From contig NC_017080.1 of NCBI RefSeq assembly GCF_000284115.1, forward strand, positions 750,001 to 782,000: DNA of 32,000 nucleotides. The letters are read 5' to 3'. The position numbers and the translations under genes were made by a program. This DNA is from Phycisphaera mikurensis NBRC 102666 (lineage in GTDB: Bacteria; Planctomycetota; Phycisphaerae; Phycisphaerales; Phycisphaeraceae). The notes under the pieces were generated by a model. The model had not been told where the DNA came from, ran no database searches, and was given only the letters and a program-made list of their open reading frames with translations. This document shows positions 26,299-32,000 of the stretch, one piece after another. The stretch's first letter is position 1. Each line of letters starts with the position of its first letter.

Positions 26299-28192
26299 AA
26301 GTGGCGGCTCCGGAAGGGGCGGTGGTGGTTTCGGTGCCGGCGGCGTCTCGATCGCCGGCTTCGGTGTCAAGCCCCCCGGGAACACGCTTGCGGAAGAAGT
26401 CCTGCGTCTGGTGGTGATAGCCGATCGCGAAGAGGCCCTGGTCCTCCATCGCGAGGTGGCGGGGGAAGCCGTCGAGGCGGTCGAAGACCTCGCCGATCTG
26501 CTTCTCCAGCCAGACGGCGCGGCCGGGACTCTCGCGGCGGAGCTTCCCGGCGTGGTTGCCGTTGAGCCGCGAGAGGCGGGGGAAGACCGCCGCGGGCGTG
26601 GAGGAGGCGGTGGCGAAGAAGCTGTCCCGGATCGTCCGGTTCAGGCCCTTGCCCTGAGCTTCCTGTTGGGCACGCTCGTACAGGGCGAAGAGACGCCCGA
26701 GGACGTAGGGCGGGTCGCTGCGGTCGGGATCGAGAGCCACGGGGATCTCCGGCTTGTGGGGGAAGAGGCGGTTGAGCCAGGCCCGCAGGATCGCGGCGCG
26801 GTTGGCGTTGACGACGGGATCGGCCCGCATCCGCCGGAGCACGCCGGCGGCGAGGTTCTGCGGGTAGGGAACACCGGTGAGGACCGCGCGGAGGAGGTCG
26901 CCCTCCAACCGCGGCGGAACGTCCTTGGCGTCGCGGACGGTCTCGCGGAGCATCGCCTGGACGCTGAGCGGGCGGTCGTCGTCGCGGCGGCCGACGATCT
27001 CCAATCCGCGGACGTGCGCAGCGAGGTGCTCCGCGAACGCTCCAGTGGTGGAACGGAGGAAGAAGCGGATGCTGATCCTTGCCGCGTTGGGGGCGAGGCC
27101 GAGGAGGAAGAAGCGGTGGCCCGGCTCCTCGAGTTCCGCGGACTGAGCGGCCGGGAGGCCCTGACGCAGCCGGTGGAGGAAGCCGGAGACGGCGGTCCGC
27201 GTCTCGTGGGCGGTGGGGGAGTCGTCGATGAAGCCGCTCTTGTTTGCCGCGTAGAGGAAGTCGTTCACCAACCCCGTTGCGAGCGGGGCGATCGGGTTGG
27301 ACGCTCGCTCCGACCACAGCACGCAGGTGGTGTCGCCGAGGCGGATGCGGCTGCGTTCGTCGCCGAGCAGGTGGTTGAGCGCAGTGCAGTAGGCGAAGGC
27401 GGCGGCCTCGGAGGTCGGGGCATTGCGACCGTCGGTGTGACCTTGCGAGAGATAAGCAGAATCGTTGAAGGAGACGATCAGGCCGCCGGAGGACTGGCCG
27501 CCGAGCACGCCCTTGATCTTGGGCTCGTGCAAGCGAGCGAGCGGGCCGGTGCGGCCGGTGACCAAGCACATGCCGGCGGGCGCCGCGTCGTCGCCGGCTG
27601 CGGCGTCGGCTGGCGCCTCCAGCGTGGCCCGCCAAAACGCGTCGACGGCGGGCCGCTCGTGGACGTCTTGCCGCTCGCCGCTGAGGCGGAAGACGCCGAA
27701 GCCGGGGCCGTCGAGGTTCTCGCGGCCGGGCGTGTCCGGGAGGCGGGCCGGATCCCACGCTTCCAGGAAGCGGCAGACGGCGGCGTAGCCCGCATCGTCG
27801 ATGGCCTCCTCCAGCGCCAGGTGCCGCTCCCGCAGGGCGGCGAAGCTCTCGGCGGCCCGGGCGACCTTCTTCTCGTCTTCGGGATCGGCGGGCAGGCCCA
27901 GCAGGTACGCGGGGTTGTCCCAGAGGAAGCAGGGGTTCAGGCCCGAGCCGGACGGCTTCGCCTGCCCCGGCACGATCCGCTCCGCCGGCCGCGGCTTTCC
28001 CTTGCCGCCGCTCTCCTGCATGCGGGACTCGATCTGCACGAGTGAGCCGTCGGGCTCGAGCACCACGGCGAAGCTGACCTTCTGCTGGCTGTAGCCGTAG
28101 CGGGCGATGCGCGGGGCGGTGTCGCTGCCGTGGGCGCGTTCCTCCTGGGCGACGAGGCGGTCGTAGTGCTCGGCGAGGGCCTGGAGGATCAT
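26291..28192 (-). CDS. cas8c: Type I-C Cascade large subunit Cas8c (Csd1)
   Basis: 633 aa with the [14 protein letters not shown] start typical of Csd1. It sits between cas5c and cas7c. The ATG overlaps the cas5 stop (ATGA). Confidence 0.9.
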   Translation of the reverse strand: MILQALAEHYDRLVAQEERAHGSDTAPRIARYGYSQQKVSFAVVLEPDGSLVQIESRMQESGGKGKPRPAERIVPGQAKPSGSGLNPCFLWDNPAYLLGLPADPEDEKKVARAAESFAALRERHLALEEAIDDAGYAAVCRFLEAWDPARLPDTPGRENLDGPGFGVFRLSGERQDVHERPAVDAFWRATLEAPADAAAGDDAAPAGMCLVTGRTGPLARLHEPKIKGVLGGQSSGGLIVSFNDSAYLSQGHTDGRNAPTSEAAAFAYCTALNHLLGDERSRIRLGDTTCVLWSERASNPIAPLATGLVNDFLYAANKSGFIDDSPTAHETRTAVSGFLHRLRQGLPAAQSAELEEPGHRFFLLGLAPNAARISIRFFLRSTTGAFAEHLAAHVRGLEIVGRRDDDRPLSVQAMLRETVRDAKDVPPRLEGDLLRAVLTGVPYPQNLAAGVLRRMRADPVVNANRAAILRAWLNRLFPHKPEIPVALDPDRSDPPYVLGRLFALYERAQQEAQGKGLNRTIRDSFFATASSTPAAVFPRLSRLNGNHAGKLRRESPGRAVWLEKQIGEVFDRLDGFPRHLAMEDQGLFAIGYHHQTQDFFRKRVPGGLDTEAGDRDAAGTETTTAPSGAATYA

Positions 28193-28878
28193 GCGACCAC
28201 CTCCGGGAGCGAGCCCTCGCCACCCGTGTCAACGGCCGCAGCGGGGTGCATCGGGGGCACGTCGATCACGCCGTCGACCATCTTCGCCCGGAAGAAGCGG
28301 GCGGCGCGGTCACGCGTGTAGTCGAAGTCGAGCATCGTCCAGCCGAGGTCGATCTCGCCTTGCAGCTCCTCCGGGCACGCGGGCGGGGCCGCGGGATCGG
28401 CCGGCTCGAAGTCGGCGAGGAACTCGCGGCAGCCCAGGTACGGGTGTTGGAAGCACTGCCCTTTCTTCGCCCGGCGGTTGAACTGGTCGAGGTGCTTGCC
28501 GGGGGTGCGGGGGCCCGAGAGGATGTCGAAGCGGGCCTGGATGACGTATGCCACGTCACGCAGCAGCGTGGCCGCCCGTTGCTGCCGCTCGTCCTCGACG
28601 GTGATCCCCAGCGTTCCGCGACCGGCTTTCATCGCCGACCTCGCGTTGGTGGCGGAGGCCTTTGCGCCGACTTCGTTGCGGCGGAGCGTGGTCCAGCGGA
28701 TCGGCTTCAGCACGCGGATCCGCTCGATCACCCACCGGATCTCCGGCTTCCAGTAGATCGCCTCCAGCACGCCGCGGGCGGCGGAGGGGGTGATGACGTC
28801 GTAGCTGACCCGCTCGACCTTCATCTCGGGCCGGGTGAAGCACGCGAGGTCGCCGGAGACTTGAAGATAAATGGACAT
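28189..28878 (-). CDS. cas5: Type I-C Cas5c (Cas5d) pre-crRNA endoribonuclease / Cascade subunit
   Basis: 229 aa. MSIYLQVSGDLACFTRPEMKVERVSYDVITPSAARGVLEAIYWKPEIRW is the canonical Cas5c N-terminus. No cas6 is present, as expected for I-C. Confidence 0.92.
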   Translation of the reverse strand: MSIYLQVSGDLACFTRPEMKVERVSYDVITPSAARGVLEAIYWKPEIRWVIERIRVLKPIRWTTLRRNEVGAKASATNARSAMKAGRGTLGITVEDERQQRAATLLRDVAYVIQARFDILSGPRTPGKHLDQFNRRAKKGQCFQHPYLGCREFLADFEPADPAAPPACPEELQGEIDLGWTMLDFDYTRDRAARFFRAKMVDGVIDVPPMHPAAAVDTGGEGSLPEVVA

Positions 28879-28989
28879 GGCCGGAAACCCCTGGTGCGTG
28901 TCGGCGGATTGTCTACCAGATGTCCCGGGGGGTCTACGGCCGATCGCCGCCGCCGCGGACAGCGTGGTGTCCGCGCCGCGGAAGGCGGA

Positions 28990-31305
28990 TCAGCAAACCA
29001 GCCCGCCCGGGGCGTTCAGCACGTCGTCCCGCAGGCCCAGCGCCTCGTCGTACGCCTCGGGCCGGAGCAGGTAGAAGGCCGGCTCCTCGCCCTCGGGGGT
29101 GAAGCCGGGCCGGATCACGGCGTTCTCGTCGAGCCGGTCGCGCTGGTTGTGGTAGACCGCGACAGTGTGCCGCTGGGCCTCGCGGAGGAGGTCGAAGCGT
29201 GGCTCCTCCGCCTCGGTCAATGCCGCAACGATCCGCCGGCCCTCCTCGCTGTAAGGCACGACGACCGGCGTGGTGGCGCTGTCGATCCAGCGGAAGCGGG
29301 AGGCGGCCTCGCGGAAGTTGTGGTGGTGCGCATCGGTCCCGTCCCGCTGGTCTGGCAGGAAGCCGCCGAAGCAGGGCATCACGTCGTGGGTGTCCCAGGG
29401 CGTCACCCCCGGCCCGGGGTTCTTCCAGAGGTGCTCCTCGAAGTAGGCGCGGATCGCCTCCGGCTGCAGCGGGTCGGGGTGGGCGGAGAGCAGCCCCCGG
29501 GCGATTTCCACGCCGCTCTTGACGCCTGGAGGCGGAGCGTGATCGGTCTCGAAGACGACGACGCGGCCAAGACCGCTCAGCCGGCCCTCGCGGTTGGCCC
29601 GGCCGGCGGCCTGGGCGACGGAGTCGAAGCCGGCGAGGGCCCGGTACACGACGGGGAAGTCGACGTCGACGCCGGCCTCCACCACCGTGGTGGAGATCAC
29701 CAGGCAGGGCTCGCCCGCACGCAGCCGCCGCTTCACCTCCGCGACGCGGTCGCTGCGGTGGGCCGGGCACATCGCGGCGGAGAGGTGCAGGGCATCGGGT
29801 CGACGCTCCCGCAGCCGCTCCAGCACGGCGGCGGCGTGTCTGCGGGCGTTGACGATGCACAGGGCCGCGGGCTCGCGGGCGAGGCGGTCGGCGAGTTCCT
29901 CGTCGGTGAGGTGTCCGGCGGGCTCGACCGCCACCCGCCGCATCGCCTCGAAGAGCCGCTCGGGCTCGGGAACGATGCGGGTGATCCGCTCGGGCGGGAT
30001 GCCGATGGCGAAGCCCTCCCGCCGGGCAACGGCGGGCTGCGTGGCGGTGCAGAGAACGACGGTGCAGCCGAAGTTGCGGACGAGCTCATCGAGTGCGGCG
30101 AGCACCGGCCGCATCAGGCCGGGCGGGATCGCTTGCGCCTCGTCGAGGATCAGGATGGCGTTGGCGAGCCGGTGCAGCTTGCGGCAGGGCGTGCCGTGGC
30201 TGGCGAACAGCGACTCGAAGAGCTGCACGTTGGTGGTGACGACCAGCGGGGCCGCCCAGTTCTCGGTGGCGAGCTGGGCGGCGAAAGACACGCCCCCGGG
30301 GTCGAGGCTGCTGTGGTGCTCGAGCACGACGGGTTCGCCACGCCGCGCCTCCAGGTCGCGGAAAACCTCCCGGTACCTCTCGGCGGTCTGCTCGATGATG
30401 CTTGTGAACGGCAGGGCGCAGACGATGCGCCGCTGGCCGGTGTGGCGGGCGTGGTCGAGCGCGAAACGGAGCGAGGCGAGCGTCTTGCCGCCGCCGGTGG
30501 GCACCTCCAACGTGAACCAGCCGGCGCCCTTCTTCGCGGCCGCGCGGCACGCGGCCAGCACGCCGGCCCGGGCGGCATCGACGGGCGACGGATCGCCCGT
30601 GCGGCCCGCCAGCAGCTCCGCCATCGACGCATCGAGCGCCGCGGACATCGCTTCCGCGTCGAGGTCCGGTCGCGCGGGCCGCCGGGCGTGCCCCGCGGGG
30701 TCGCTGAACCGCTGCGTGCAGAGCCGGTCGGCGTCGACCAGGCAGCTGAAGAGCATCCGTGTGAGGAAGGCGGTGGTGTGGCCGCCGAGCTCCTCCGCTC
30801 CGGGCCAGCGGATCGGTCCGACGGCCGCGGCTTGCGCGTCGTCCCAGGGGCTTTCGAAGCCGGGATCGTGCGGCTCGATGCGCTTGCGCTGCGGATCGAG
30901 CCGAGCCTCCAGGTCGCGGTCGCGAGCGGCGTCGGTCTGCCAGTCGGGCAGGTGCCCGTGGTGGCCGGCGACCGCGGCGGCGAGGCACGGCCCCAGCACG
31001 GGGCCGAGTTGATCCGCGGCGTAGCGCGCCCCGGCCGTGGCGTGGTCGACGCGTGCCCGGGGCCGCTGTGCCTCGCCCTCGGCTGCCGCCTCGTCGACCC
31101 CCGCTCCCAGCACCTTTTCCTGGAAGGCGAAGGTGGCTTTGCCGAGATCGTGCCAACGCCCGAGCGCATGCGCGAGCGGGCCGCACCCGAACGCTTCGCC
31201 GAATGCCGAAGCCGCGTCCGCGACTTCGCGGAGGTGGGTCGCGAGCGGTTCCCAGTGCTCGCGGCCGGCGGGGTGGGTGTGCGCGTAGAACATGCACCGC
31301 AGCAT
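28990..31305 (-). CDS. cas3: Cas3 HD nuclease / SF2 helicase
   Basis: 771 aa. N-terminal HD domain (YAHTHP...HDLGKATFAFQ). Helicase motifs include Walker A-like PTGGGKT, the DEAQ box (ILILDEAQ) and VVEAGVDVDF. An alternative start is ATG 31293. Confidence 0.93.
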   Translation of the reverse strand: MLRCMFYAHTHPAGREHWEPLATHLREVADAASAFGEAFGCGPLAHALGRWHDLGKATFAFQEKVLGAGVDEAAAEGEAQRPRARVDHATAGARYAADQLGPVLGPCLAAAVAGHHGHLPDWQTDAARDRDLEARLDPQRKRIEPHDPGFESPWDDAQAAAVGPIRWPGAEELGGHTTAFLTRMLFSCLVDADRLCTQRFSDPAGHARRPARPDLDAEAMSAALDASMAELLAGRTGDPSPVDAARAGVLAACRAAAKKGAGWFTLEVPTGGGKTLASLRFALDHARHTGQRRIVCALPFTSIIEQTAERYREVFRDLEARRGEPVVLEHHSSLDPGGVSFAAQLATENWAAPLVVTTNVQLFESLFASHGTPCRKLHRLANAILILDEAQAIPPGLMRPVLAALDELVRNFGCTVVLCTATQPAVARREGFAIGIPPERITRIVPEPERLFEAMRRVAVEPAGHLTDEELADRLAREPAALCIVNARRHAAAVLERLRERRPDALHLSAAMCPAHRSDRVAEVKRRLRAGEPCLVISTTVVEAGVDVDFPVVYRALAGFDSVAQAAGRANREGRLSGLGRVVVFETDHAPPPGVKSGVEIARGLLSAHPDPLQPEAIRAYFEEHLWKNPGPGVTPWDTHDVMPCFGGFLPDQRDGTDAHHHNFREAASRFRWIDSATTPVVVPYSEEGRRIVAALTEAEEPRFDLLREAQRHTVAVYHNQRDRLDENAVIRPGFTPEGEEPAFYLLRPEAYDEALGLRDDVLNAPGGLVC

Positions 31306-31335
31306 GGCGACCAGGCGGAGCTGCGTCCTCCTCGC

Positions 31336-31399
31336 GCGGGCGGATCCTCCCGCAGTGCAGGGAGCCGCCGACGGCGGACCCTCGGCGGGATCCGCCCGC
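31336..31399. promoter_or_regulatory. 12-bp perfect inverted repeat with nested hairpins upstream of cas3
   Basis: GCGGGCGGATCC (31336-31347) pairs with GGATCCGCCCGC (31388-31399). The 40-nt interval holds further small stems (TCCC/GGGA, CCGCCG/CGGCGG). It lies between the PhyH stop (31456) and the cas3 start (31305). Confidence 0.35.
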
Positions 31400-31455
31400 C
31401 GCGGACCGTGGGGTCTTGGGGCTGGAAACGCTGCCGGTCCGCGGATTCTGCTCGC

Positions 31456-32000
31456 TCAGGGTTCCTGCTGGATGCCGCTGCCGTCGCCGACGCACTCGGT
31501 GCCGAAGAGGAACTCGCCCTCGCGGCGGGGGCGGCGGCCGCGGACCATGAGGTTGGGGCGCTGGGCCGACTGGCCGCGGGTCTGCCGGTTCAGCGGGTGC
31601 TTGTAGCCGACGCGGACGAGCCGGCGCATGTCGTTCGTGCGGTTCACGTGGCTGCCGTGGACGGTGAGGATGTTGAAGACGACCAGGTCGCCGGCCTTGG
31701 CGGGCACCGGGTCGGTGTCGTCCAGCGAGAAGCGCTCCCAGGGCAGGTGCGGCGTGCAGGGCACGGTCTCGCCGGCGTCGTTGCGGTGCTCGGTGACGTG
31801 CTCCAGCGGCCCGAGCTTGTGCGAGCCGCTGACGAAGCGGATCTCGCCGTTCTCGTGGCGGGTGTCGTCGAGGTGGACGAGCGCGTCGACGTAGCGGGCG
31901 TCGGCGTGGTCGTAGAAGGCGAGGTCTTGGTGCATCGGGAAGGGGTGGCCGGTCTCCGGCGGCTTCACGTGCATCGTGGAGTGGTGCAGCTCGACGGGGG
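31456..32000 (-). CDS. Phytanoyl-CoA dioxygenase (PhyH) family Fe(II)/2-oxoglutarate oxygenase, 5'-truncated by the window edge
   Basis: The frame stays open to the window end (…PVELHHSTMHVKPPETGHPFPMHQDLAFY...). The HxD (HQD), DDTRHENGEIRFVSGSHK and TVHGS motifs are typical of PhyH. Confidence 0.7.
   Translation of the reverse strand, partial: PVELHHSTMHVKPPETGHPFPMHQDLAFYDHADARYVDALVHLDDTRHENGEIRFVSGSHKLGPLEHVTEHRNDAGETVPCTPHLPWERFSLDDTDPVPAKAGDLVVFNILTVHGSHVNRTNDMRRLVRVGYKHPLNRQTRGQSAQRPNLMVRGRRPRREGEFLFGTECVGDGSGIQQEP

Noticed and set aside
31322-31333. SD-like GAGGAGGA upstream of cas3
   Set aside because: It lies about 20 nt from the ATG at 31305, too far for a functional Shine-Dalgarno. 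No alternative upstream start codon exists in frame.

Overview
High-GC (about 70%) bacterial chromosomal window. The Hc1-type histone-like protein, PilZ protein, glycoside hydrolases and IS200-like genes hint at Planctomycetota, but that is a weak guess. Reading left to right:

- **1-5780 (minus):** an mrp/mnh cation:proton antiporter operon, mrpA-B-C-D-E'. It contains an unusual 316-bp structured gap between mrpA and mrpB.
- **6023-7186:** a single IS200/RAYT-like HUH tyrosine transposase homolog.
- **7293-18515:** housekeeping and carbohydrate genes. These are a PilZ protein, a cobA-hemD fusion, an isochorismatase-like hydrolase, hc1, a FabZ-like dehydratase, a GH42 beta-galactosidase, a Gfo/Idh/MocA oxidoreductase, tRNA-Asp(GTC), a LarA-like protein, and a secreted clan GH-A hydrolase with a CBM.
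- **18723-31305 (minus):** a complete type I-C CRISPR-Cas locus, cas3-cas5c-cas8c-cas7-cas4-cas1-cas2-leader-array. I counted 62 repeats and 61 spacers by hand.
- **31456-32000:** a partial PhyH-family dioxygenase gene.

The most interesting signal is a 343-bp lower-GC insert between cas7 and cas4.

- It carries an orphan, hairpin-shortened copy of the CRISPR repeat on the strand opposite the cas genes.
- This is followed by a spacer-like segment. Its first 11 nt (except position 6) match a TTC-PAM-flanked site about 235 bp away in the same gap.
- That site overlaps weak putative promoters, one reading toward cas4-cas1-cas2 and one toward a small atypical ORF.
- This is the architecture of CreA/CreR-type Cascade-guided regulators or addiction modules, here in a type I-C context.

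The array also holds several duplicated, variant or overlapping spacer pairs. One overlapping pair lets the TTC PAM be read directly from the array.
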